Source of the DNA: Macrostomum lignano
Taxonomy: Eukaryota
Assembly: GCA_002269645.1 (NCBI GenBank)
Contig: NIVC01001708.1
Span: forward strand, 124,001 to 188,000
Direction of reading: 5' to 3'
Length of the DNA: 64,000 nucleotides
The position numbers and the translations under genes were made by a program. The notes under the pieces were generated by a model. That model saw nothing but the letters and a program-made list of their open reading frames with translations, was not told the DNA's origin and searched no databases. This document shows positions 12,082-24,000 of this stretch, piece after piece (positions within the stretch are counted from its first letter, which is position 1; each line of letters begins with the position of its first letter).

Positions 12082-15000
12082 ATGCTCAGACTGTGGAATT
12101 GCGCTTTTGGTCCGCAGCTGTACAGATTCTTTGACGCTGGCGGGACGGTGAGTGCACCCCCCCCCCGGTGATCCAATGCGCTGCAGCTGTTAATTGCCTC
12201 CGCTTTATCGGCCCTTTGAAAATCTGCCTCAGTCCTCGATAAATCTGCCTCTCCGCTGCATCTTTTATAGAGAATCTGCCTCCGCCGCATCATTTATAGA
12301 GAATCTGCCTCTCCGCTGTCTCAGTCCTTGAGAATCTGCCTCTCCTCTGCCTCAGTCCTTGAGAATCTGCCTCTCCTCTGCCTCAGTCCTTGAGAATCTG
12401 CCTCTCCTCTGCCTCAGTCCGTGAGAATCTGCCTCTCCTCTGCCTCAGTCCTTGAGAATCTGCCTCTCCTCTGCCTCAGTCCTTGAGAATCTGCCTCTCC
12501 TCTGCCTCAGTCCTTGAGAATCTGCCTCTCCTCTGCCTCAGTCCTTGAGAATCTGCCTCTCCACTGCCTCAGTCCTTGAGAATCTGCCTCTCCACTGCCT
12601 CAGTCCGTGAGAATCTGCCTCTCCACTGACTCAGTTCTTGAGAATCTGCCTCTCCACTGACTCAGTTCTTGAGAATCTGCCTCTCCTCTGCCTCAGTCCT
12701 TGAGAATCTGCCTCTCCGCTGTCTCAGTCCTTGAGAATCTGCCTCTCCGCCGCCTCAGTCCTTGAGAATCTGCCTCTCCGCCGCCTCAGTCCTTGAGAAT
12801 CTGCCTCTCCGCTGTCTCAGTCCTTGAGAATCTGCCTCTCCACTGCCTCAGTCCTTGAGAATCTGCCTCTCCTCTGCCTCAGTCCTTGAGAATCTGCCTC
12901 TCCTCTGCCTCAGTCCTTGAGAATCTGCCTCTCCGCTGTCTCAGTCCTTGAGAATCTGCCTCTCCGCTGTCTCAGTCCTTGAGAATCTGCCTCTCAACTG
13001 TCTCAGTCCTTGAGAATCTGCCTCTCCACTGCCTCAGTCCTTGAGAATCTGCATCTAATATATAATTGATGTTTATTAACCGACACTGCAGAGTCAAGTC
13101 TATCAACAGAATGTAATGGAATCGGTGCCAAATTATATACTGGGAGCGGTAAGTAGCCATATATTTGTTTGGCATCATATAATAGTCATATTTAGTTGGC
13201 TAACCCTGCCCATTGGCGTACAATTCCAGGCGGAGTTCTGCTTCGGCATAGCCAAATACGGCTGGCCATTCTACATGCCTTACGTTGTTAAACGGGTAGT
13301 GAGTAGCACAGGTAGGACGAGTTGATTTAATTTAAATGTCTAATTTTCAAGCAAAAAATGCAATCCATCCTACTTATTAACCGATGAGTAGTCGCGACAG
13401 ATAATAACACTTGCTCTCGTATGCTTACAGGTGAAAGAATTCGTATTCGTAGCGTAACTTACGCAGTCTATTCTGCCGGCGTGCTCTGTTTGCTGGCCTG
13501 CGCTGTGCTCATGCGCGGCGTTGGTCGCGTGCTCAATCCCACCTATTCGGAGTTCATCGCCGTACTAAGCCGGGCACAGCGCAGTCTAAGCACGGAGAAC
13601 AAGGAGGCTCTGTCCAGATTTGACTTCAAGTTCTGGGCCTGGCCGGTGGAATTTGACGTGGCTAGCAGTCGGCTGAGGCGACCGCGGCAGCGGCCGGATC
13701 GGGACGGAGACGCCGGTGGCAGAGGCGGCCCATCTGACTGGCTGATGAAGCTGTGCGCTGCCGGACTCGTGCGAACTGTGGGAGTCCGACTGACGTATCC
13801 GGGATGCACCGGGCTGATGAATGCAGTCACTAGGCCGTTTGTGCAGCAGGTGATTCTTTAGGGAGGCGATTGCTGCGCGAACTCAGATGAAGGATGAAGG
13901 ATCTGAGGGTAGCATAAAAGATCTGAGGGTAGCCTGAAGGATCTGAGGGTAGCCTGAAGGATCTGAGGGTAGTCTAAAGGATCTGAAGGTAGCCTAAAAG
14001 ATCTGAGGGTAACCTGAAGGATCTGAGGGTAGCCTGAAGGATCTGAGGGTAGCCTGAAGGATCTGAAGGTAGCCTAAAAGATCTGAGGGTAGCCTGAAGG
14101 ATCTGAGGGTAGCCTGAATGATCTGAGGGTAGCCTGAAGGATCTGAGGGTAGCCTGAAGGATCTGAGGGTAGTCTAAAGGATCTGAAGGTAGCCTAAAAG
14201 ATCTGAGGGTAACCTGAAGGATCTGAGGGTAGCCTGAAGGATCTGAGGGTAGCCTGAAGGATCTGAAGGTAGCCTAAAAGATCTGAGGGTAGCCTGAAGG
14301 ATCTGAGGGTAGCCTGAATGATCTGAGGGTAGCCTGAACGATCTGAGGGTAGCCTGAATGATCTGAGGGTAGCCTGAAGGAGCTGAGGGTAACCTGAAGG
14401 ATCTGAGGGTAGCCTGGAGGGTCTGAGGCAACCTGGGGGGTTTTTGACTATGATCTGGAGATTCTGAGGTAGACTGAAAGATTGCCTGAGGGATCTCCGG
14501 CTATCAGTACAACAATCCCCCACCCTCCTTTACTTGCGCGCCCATCCGCAGGCGCGTGCCCGACTCCGCTCCGAGCACGGCGCCGAGCGCTACAAGCTGC
14601 GCACCGACTCCGGCTACGAAATAGAAGTGTTTTTCGTTGATAAGCGTCGCTCTGGTGGCAGCGGCGACAACGGGTCCACTTTGGTTGTGTGCTGCGAGGG
14701 CAATGCGGCCTATCCTGAAATCGGCGCCACAGGCGTGCCGCTGGATGCTGGATACTCTGTCATCGGCTGGCACCATCCTGGCTTCGGTGGCAGCACTGTG
14801 AGATATGCCTATTTATCTCTCCTGACAAACCTGACAAGCACCCTCCTGACCAACCTGACAAGCACCCTCCTGACAAGCACCCTCCTGACAAACCTGACAA
14901 GCACCCTCCTGACCAACCTGACAATCACCCTCCTGACCAACCTGACAATCACCCTCCTGACCAACCTGACAAGCACCCTCCTGACAAACCTGACAAGCAC

Positions 15001-18000
15001 AGGGCCTGCCCCTGCCGGAGACTGAGCAGGAGTTCATGAGCACTGTGCTGCAGTTCGCCAGCGAGAAGTTGAGCTTCCAGCTGCGGGACACCACCATCCT
15101 GGCCTGGTCGATCGGCGGCTACACGGCCAGCTGGGCTGGGGCCAACTATCCGGAGCTGAAGTACATTATCTTGGACGCCACCTTCGACAATATCGAAGGG
15201 CTGGCTGTGAAGGCTATGCCTCAGTTTGCCAGCGGCCTCGTTCGGGAGTCTGTTCGGCTGGAGATGAATCTCAATAATGCCGAGCTGCTGTGCCGGTGAG
15301 AGTCCAGTCTGTTTGAGCTTCTGTCAGGAGAATTTGTCACTTGGCCTTTTTTGGGGACATGGAAATCGCCCCCCCCCCGATCATCCTGACAATGACCCCT
15401 GACCATCCTGACAATGACCCCTGATCATCCTGACAATGACCCCTGACCATCCTGACAATGACCCCTGATCATCCTGACAATGACCCCTGATCATCCTGAC
15501 AATGACCCCTGATCATCCTGACAATGACCCCTGACTATCCTGACAATGACCCCTGATCATCCTGACAATGACCCCTGACTATCCTGACAATGACCCCTGA
15601 TCATCCTGACAATGACCCCTGACCATCCTGACAATGACACTTGATCATCCTGACAATGACCCCTGACCATCCTGACAATGACCCCTGATCATCCTGACAA
15701 TGACCCCTGACCATCCTGACAATGACCCCTGATCATCCTTACCATGACCCCTGATTTTCCTGACAATTGCCTCTGACTTTTCTGACAACTGTTCCTGACT
15801 ATCCTGACAACTGTTCCTGACTATCCTGACAATGGCCCCTGACTATGCTGACAATGACCCCTGATCATCCTGACCATGACCCCTGATTTTCCTGTCAATT
15901 GTCTCTGACTTTTCTGACAACTGTTCCTGACTATCCTGACAACTGTTCCTGACTATCCTGACAATGGCCCCTGACTATGCTGACAATTTCCCCTGATCGT
16001 CCCTGAAATCTTCCTTTGACTATCGTTAAAACCACTCCTTGATTCCTTAAAGAATTACGCATTAATTCCTCCCAAGGAATTGCCCATTATTTCTATTCTA
16101 ACAGCGCCTCGAACATCCCTGTAAAGAACAGTGCTATTTTTGGCATAATTACCGCTTATTCACTTATTATGAGCTGGCCAACTAGCGTATCTGCGCCAAA
16201 AGTTGCAATGCAACAAACAGATTTGCTGATTCATAGAAAGCTGGCGACACAATTTATTATTGAAACAATTTTCGCATTTTCCAGAACCCTGTCTGCACAG
16301 TGTGTACTTTGTAAGACTAGCAAGTGCTGTTGGTTCTTGCTATAGACGTACAGATAGAATATCTAGGGTGGCTTAAAGTTTGCAAGGCATGAAAAAAGCG
16401 ATCAACTTTCTTAGATACTAAGTTGATTGGATTTCTCCTGTCTAATGCGGGATTAATTCGCGGATAGAGCGTCGAAGCTTAAAAGAACATTTGTAGCCGC
16501 AGAACAAAATGCTTTAGTCTCTATAGTATAGAATCAGAAGGAAAATTATAACAAAACATGCTGGATGATGGAGAGTTTTTCTAGAGAAAACTTCACCGTG
16601 TTCACAGAAAATTCCACAGACACTTGCGATCTTACTTCATCTGCATCTGCATTGGAGTGCATTTGCGTAGAGAATCGAGATATTAAAACAATTCCGTCGG
16701 GAATACAAGTGGAATTTTCCTTTAATCGAGAGTTCAATCTTGAAGAATATTCTCCGAGTCTCATCGAAATATTGTGAATAAAGATTTGTTTTTCTCTCAA
16801 TCTCTACGAATAGGATCCGTGATAAGTGCAACTGCTCGGCATGTTTGGACCATAAATAAGACAAAAGTATAATTTCCATAGTTAGTATGGCGTTAAATTT
16901 CATCGTAGACGAAAAGTCTTTGTCGGCAGTAGTCGGTGTTAAGACCATTAAGTCGGAGTTTCACGCCCGCCGAGACTGTCTGTGGTAAATCGTGAATTTA
17001 GCGGCCGTCTCACAGGGCCCAAAAACCTCGGGATTAGGGCCATAGACACTAGCAGCAGCAAAGCGGGCATGTCAGTCAGTGCTAATGATTTAGAGCAGCA
17101 GAAGCCAGAGTCTATGGTCATAACCGCTTGGTTTTCTGAATGCTGGAGTAGCCTATCTAGGTTTATAGAGTCTGTACTCAGAATTTAGTCAATGACAGGA
17201 ATTTTATTAATAGCAAATGGACTAGCAATCTTGTGCGCCGCGGTTATCGGGCCGTAGCAGTTGGCCGATGCTGGCTAGCTAATCCTCCAAGAGTCTCCTC
17301 TTCGTCCGCTTCCTCTTCGTCATCGCAGTTGTAGTCGCTCAATCTAGCTTCATCTGCAGCCTCCAAGCTGTCTGGTTCGTTGATAGCGTCAGAGTTCGAA
17401 GAGCATCTGGCCACTCGCCAGGCGGCCCATCGCAGCCGCTTGTCAGCCGCCAGGAAGAACAAAGGATAGGCTAGGCAGGCAGCGTAGGCGATCCACTTGG
17501 CGTCAGCCAGAGTCCTTGACGACGGTTGCGCGCCTTCGTCGCAACGGAAATTCAAGCATAGACAGTGAGCCAAACTGCCCAGCATGTAGGGCGACCAGAA
17601 CACGGTGGCCACGAAAAATAGGCACAGATTGATGGTGCACGCGGCTCGCTCCTCTTGCAGCATCCGTCGCCAAGAGTTGCTTCTGGCTTCTTGTCTTCTG
17701 GTGATTTTGGTTTTATCGACGAAGAAAAACACTTAGTAGTAGGAAGAGGGTTGGGTCTGGCTTGGCCTAGCCGGAGGTTGGGTGGCACAAGCGAACTTGG
17801 GTCAGGTGAATATCTGCTGCAGGTGGGGTAAGAATCCACGACCTGGATGAATGAGAATCATGTCTCTTGCGGATGATTTTTTGGGTGTATCCATGACTCG
17901 GGATGTCCATAGTGAATCAAGAATAAAAATCAAGAAACCAGGGTTTACTAGAGCCTCCTACTTAAGTGTAAATAAGTTTATCCATGATACTGACTGAGGC

Positions 18001-21000
18001 GTCTTCGAGCTGATTCAATCCACTACTTACACTTACAATCCATACAAGGTCATTTGAAGCATGCCCGAAAAGTATCGCGACAAACTTGTAAAATAATTCT
18101 TGCTACTCAGCAGCTCGCCTTGAGACCTTGCCCTAAAATAGTTCCTTCGATAGTAGACTCACCTCTCCCATAGTTCGCCACCGCTGCTATTGTCGGTCTC
18201 CGCCTCAGGCTCTGCTATTCCTGTTGCTGTCATCGCTGGTTCGTTCTGTTGTTGTTGGTGTCCAGTAACCGATGTGTCAGTTAGCGCTACCGGCGCAGGT
18301 TCAAACATTGCCCGACGGCCGTGTCTGGGACAGACAGCGCAGTCGCGCGCCAGTCTATGCAGCGCCAGCCTGTCAGTTGTGTAGCTAATCGGCAGCGAAT
18401 TCTGGGCGTGCTGATGGCGCCACCAATTGCCGCCAATTTCGCCTCCGAAACTTATGCCGCGGTTGTGCTGCGCCAAATCCAGGGTCTGACAGCTCCGACT
18501 GCCGACAATTTGACTGTTGCTGGTTGCTGCGCCCGACACTGCGCTCTGCAACGCCTCATCGTGGGCCTCGGGTATTGTTGCCATGCGGTACATTTCTAAG
18601 CAAACGCCGCTACCTCCACTGCTGTCGAGCGTCAGCGCAGCCGCCGTGTCCATCGGGTGTAGCAACAAGGTCTCTGCCGTGCAGTCCCGCTGCATCTCAC
18701 TAACGCTTGACGCGTCATGCTGTTGCATCTGTTGCTGTTGTAGTCGTCGTCTTTGGCTCCATCGCCGGCGTCTCGATGCTTCCGCCTCCATCAGGCCCGC
18801 CGTAGCCGCCTCAGCATTGCCGTCGCTTCGTCGCAAGGCGGCAAATTGGCGAAATGCCAGCAGCAGTAGGACCAGACTGGCCAGGCCGGGCAGACCGTAG
18901 GACATGCAGGCTCGCAGAATGACAAAGTTCGGGTCCCGGTGCAGGCATGCCCCGCCCGCTGCGTCGTAGAGCTCCTCGTATCTAAAAAATTGGAGTTATA
19001 AAATCTTTATCACCAACCCTCATGTGGTCCGCCAATTCATCTTCCGAGTTCGCGCAACCACCCACCCCCCCCCTTGTCAGAGTTCGTGCAACAATCCTCT
19101 TGAGCCCAGAGTTTGTGCAACAATCCTCTTGAGCCCAGAGTTTGTGCAACAATCCTCCGAGTCCAGAGTTTGTGCAACAATCCTCTGAGTCCAGAGTTTG
19201 TGCAACAATCCTCCGAGTCCAGAGTTTGTGCAACAATCCTCCGAGTCCAGAGTTTGTGCAACAATCCTCCGAGTCCAGAGTTTGTGCAACAATCCTCTAA
19301 GTCCAGAGTTTGTGCAACAATCCTCTGAGTCCAGAGTTTGTGCAACAATCCTCTGAGTCCAGAGTTTGTGCAACAATCCTCCGAGTCTAGAGTTCGTGCA
19401 ACGATTCTCTGAGTCCAGAGTTCGTGCAACGATTCTCTGAGTCCAGAGTTCGTGCAACGATTCTCTGAGTCCAGAGTTCGTGCAACGATTCTCTGAGTCC
19501 AGAGTTTGTGCACCACTTCTCTTGAGTCAGGAGTTTGAAAAACAAACTTCTGAATCCAGAGTTTGTGCAACAATCCTCCATGTCAAAGATTTGTGCAACA
19601 ATCCTTTCAGGTTGTGAACGCAATTCCTCGTACTGTTTGCTGACGGCGAACTCAGCAGTTGTCTGGATGAAGCTCACGCTCCAGGGTGCGCTAATTTTTA
19701 AACAGGTTGATCCTTTGCCTGTTGAATGTGAGTAGCTCATCGGATAGCGCAGTCTTAGCCAAGTGTCTATGGCGCAGCCTAGGCAGTGCAGAAACACCAG
19801 GTTGCACAGGAATGTGTCCATGTACAGCCAGACTATGCAGAGCGTGTCCAACAGTGGTTTGTACTTTTCGCCTGCCAGTTTAATGGAGGGGGGTTTTCGT
19901 GTTGGCAAGTCGTCAACTATCTTGGATTAGTCTCCTTAAGAATCCTCTGAGAAAGCATAAGATTGAACTCCCTATTATGAGATTTTACTGGGTTATTTAC
20001 GTAATAAGTTGCTTCTCCTAACTGTGCTTCCCCAGGGAAAGCCCTGAAAATTCGAGCACATGCTACACTTATCACTTAAGTATTATGATCTTATTATGGT
20101 TGTTAACTTCACCGCACCGCAAATCAATGGCTAGGCTAGTAAACTTAGACTAAATTAGATTTTGTAGCTCGCACTACCAGCATGATGATACAAGATTCGG
20201 CAGCTAGGGCTACAGGCATGGAATTATTTTTAAGAAAATTTTTCTTCCTTAACACGGCAACCTTCGCTATCGAATGCTGGCGTTGTTTTTCTAGGATCCA
20301 TAGTCTATTCGTGTTGCTTGTCGCTGCAACGGGGCCGCCCCTCCGATGGGTCGGTCGGGTTGGATTGTAATTGCATCAAGAAAGAATGGCCAAATCGCTT
20401 TATAGAGGATGCAGCTAGTCTGGTCTTCTTGCCATCGTTGAAAGAATTTGCCTTGGGGGCTGCGTGGGAAGAAGTGGCGTCTAGAGAGGGAGAGAGAGAT
20501 TAAGGAGGTCGAAACAGTGATGGGCACTCCCGGGCTGGCGTCTCAGCTGGCTCGCCTTCCCAATGTTAATTCTTCGATCGGTTGTTTCTAGCCGAGCTGC
20601 AGCAGCAGAGGTTTCGCGAAACTCTCATTATTTTCGCGAATCTTTTTAAAGAATCAGATTCAGCTTATATGAATCCGATTTCTTGCCTGTCAGATTGCGT
20701 TGAGGACTGCCACGCATTGCACTGCGTGCTATCGTATGCGTTACATCCTGTGGTTATTCTATCTTTTTGGGGGTGCAGTTTCATTTGGGGCTGACTGAAG
20801 GAATGGATAAGCGGGTTCAGGGACTGGAAAAGTAGAAAGGCAGATTCTATTGTTGGAGCGGAAGAGGCAGTGAAATAATACTTCCGAACTTCATCTAGAG
20901 TAGTTGTGGAAATTAGTTTGCCATTTTAACTAATTAAATCCCAAATTACCATGTTGAGTCTACTAATCATACCAGTCATATTTCATAAATTGGCACCTTA

Positions 21001-24000
21001 AAGCCAAGAAGCAGACGTGATTTAAGACAAAAGCATCACTTTGAAACATGCGCAGGCAAGTAAAATAATTCACATGCTTGTCATCATGTAGCAGTAAATG
21101 TATCCTGTATTGAGGTAAAAATCATTGCACGCCTTTTCCGGAAGAAAGTGTAAAAGCGTGGCGTACAATTCGATACTATAGAAAGCTTCAATAGCGCTTC
21201 TGGGCCTAATTAGATTCACTATCATCCTAGTATTGCACAGATAGTTCAAGCTGCTGTGGATTTTTGCAGCTAAGGTGGTAACAAGCTCCGCTTGCGAGCC
21301 CTGGCTTCTGGGACAGATTGAGAGTCCGTGCAGTATGATAGAAGCAAGTGATACAATCTCAAAAAAGACAGAACAAGAGAGGATTGGGGGGATAAAGAAA
21401 AGAGACACAAGCAGTTTCAGTTGATTGCAAACTCAATTTCCACACGGGATTATTAAATTGAGCTGCCGAGTTTGAGAGCCTCAGCTGAGCCAGCAGAATT
21501 TTTCGGCGCTTACTTGAGGTAAAGAGAATAACAAATAAGAAAAGAGCTGTTAGTTTGAAGTCTTCGTCTCTCGAGAGGCTTTTGGCGAACACGCACGGAC
21601 CATCTGAGTCAATCAGGGCAGAACGGCACAGTTCCACTGTCCGCTTCATTTTTTCTTTGAATATAACTTTGCTAATTTCTGATTGAAATAATTGAAAAAA
21701 AGACTTTATAATTCGCCTTCAGATATCAAGTTTAGTGATTAAATCTCCAGATACTCCGGTTAGGCATTTATGCACTGAGTATCAGAGATCACTAGTCATT
21801 CGTCCCGACATGACCAGACAAGCTAGGCTAAGATCTTATTTTCAAGTTCATTCCCTCCCACAAACTGCTGTGTGATCTGCAATTTTCAAGCCTTTTTGAA
21901 AAAGATTCCTTAGCAACACTAATCAGCAACCGAAAGCAGCGATCTTAGCTCATCTGGAGAGAAGAGAGAAAGTGCAAGCAAGCGCAAATTCGATCACCCT
22001 TCTCTCCCTCCCGCAAGCTACCCATCAATTTCAGTTTCGCATAATTGTCTAAATTATTGGGCTTTGCTACATGGCGGTCGAGAGAACTGGGCGAGAGAGT
22101 GGAGGCGAGTCAGACAGACAGAGATGCATGAAGTGATCGCTCTAGGAAGCGCATCGATTGAGACCAAGTAAATATCTTGCTGGCTAGCCTGGTAGAGAAG
22201 GTCTCTGGCATAGTTTCTCCTTAGCATCTCTTCTACGAGTAGGAGGTAGTAGGAGAATGGAATGACTGCAACATCAATGACTATCCAGAACCTTAGTACA
22301 AGCGGTTTTGATCTGATTGCTCGAGTGGATTGGTTGCTGCATGTCAGTAAGTGCAACAGATAATTGGGGCTCTTGTACCACATTCTTATTAAACTGATTG
22401 GCTGCCGGTGCACTGCACAGAGAAGTGATACTGAAGTTTATTGAAGTGCGCTCCAAGCAAACGGTTGGGACGAAACTAGATTCAGTTAAAATTGTTCATG
22501 TTGTCTGGAGTTTGCTGTCTGCTTGATACTGACAGTGTGTGAAAGATGCCTAGCTAAGAAAAAGAGGTTCCGAGCTGGGGGATAGATTCCGAGCTGGGGG
22601 ATGGATTCCGAGCTGGGGATAGATTCCGAGCTGGGGGATGGATTCCGAGCTGGGGATAGATTCCGAGCTGGGGATAGATTCCGAGCTGGGGATAGATTCC
22701 GAGCTGGGGATAGATTCCGAGCTAGAAGGAGAGATCTCGACCTGGTAAGATAGGATAGAATAGAATAGATTTTTAATTCGACGAGAGGCTCCGATTCCTG
22801 CGAGCCCGAGACATTACTTTCAAATCAAACTGAGCGATGCCAAGTTAAAACCAGAGAGTTCAAGTTGGAGGGCAAAGCTCAGTTCGGGAATAATGAGATT
22901 AAGAGCGAAAAAGAATGAGAATGCGAAGTGAGACTGATGGTTCCGCTATATACCGTAATAATTTACCAACAATTTGAAACACAACGTCGGGCGGCACGGC
23001 CACTAGGCACTGTAGCAGCATAGCTGCGCACACAGAATTTGTGTAATAGTAGGTAACCGCGCGCAGCGACTTTTCGCGCCGCAATCCAGTCAAGAGGAGG
23101 CTGTTTAACGCTAGCGCTGCCGTCAGTATAGTGGCGCCGGCTGCCAGGGTGGCGGTTGCTGGCAGCGGCATGGCTTGTGTCGGATACTTGATTTCAGCCG
23201 CTCTAGTACTGTGCAATGCTTCGTTCGGCTAGAGTGGATGCTTAGGCTGAACTATACGGTTTCAATGCTTGATGGATTAATCTTGTTGGTTGGTTCCGAG
23301 GCTGCGAGTTTTAAGTAGTCATCAATATTAACGCTTGGCATTGTAGCTGGCCTCTGATTGGACTAAGCCCAGTGTCTACTTTAACCAGTGCTCATGAGCT
23401 ATTGGCTGGTCTGTTGAAAACCAACTGATTTCGCCTCTGATAGATAGATTATAAATGTAGCGATTGCTTAAGAGCATCGGCAAAAGCTGAAGTAAGAGTG
23501 AGCATGATGTTCAAAAAACACAAAAGTATCTCATTACTGATGCTATGGATCTGCAAAAAGTTCATGAAAAATACACTCGTATTATTAAGCTTAGCTTGAT
23601 GCTTGAAAATTTGTTCTTGCATTGAATTCCTATATTTTCCTTTTCCGAAGGCCGAGAAAAACTGATATTCCTTTTCTTTATAAACACGAGAGACTGCGGT
23701 ATCGAATGAATAGGAGAATGCCTTTTCAGTTCATGGGAACCATAGTAATCTAGAATACAAACTGGAAGTGAAGGCTTTCGCGGGGGCGTACATACCCGGG
23801 CCGGGATAAAAAGCTCCTCTTCCCCAAAAGTTTTATTTCCCCCAAAATTTTAATGTTTATGTATCATTCTTTCCATTAAAACAATTTTATTTAAGGTATA
23901 TTGCTTACCAAGAGTACACAAGTTATATTTCTCAAGCAGTGCAGTGAATACAAAACTTACCATCAGTGGGCGCCAAACTTTGCAACTTTTCTTACAGTCG

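Noticed and set aside
16546-16948. LRR-N-cap-like ORF (CDLTSS..CICVENRDIKTIPSG)
   Set aside because: Only a superficial Cys pattern, with no following LRR units or splice support.
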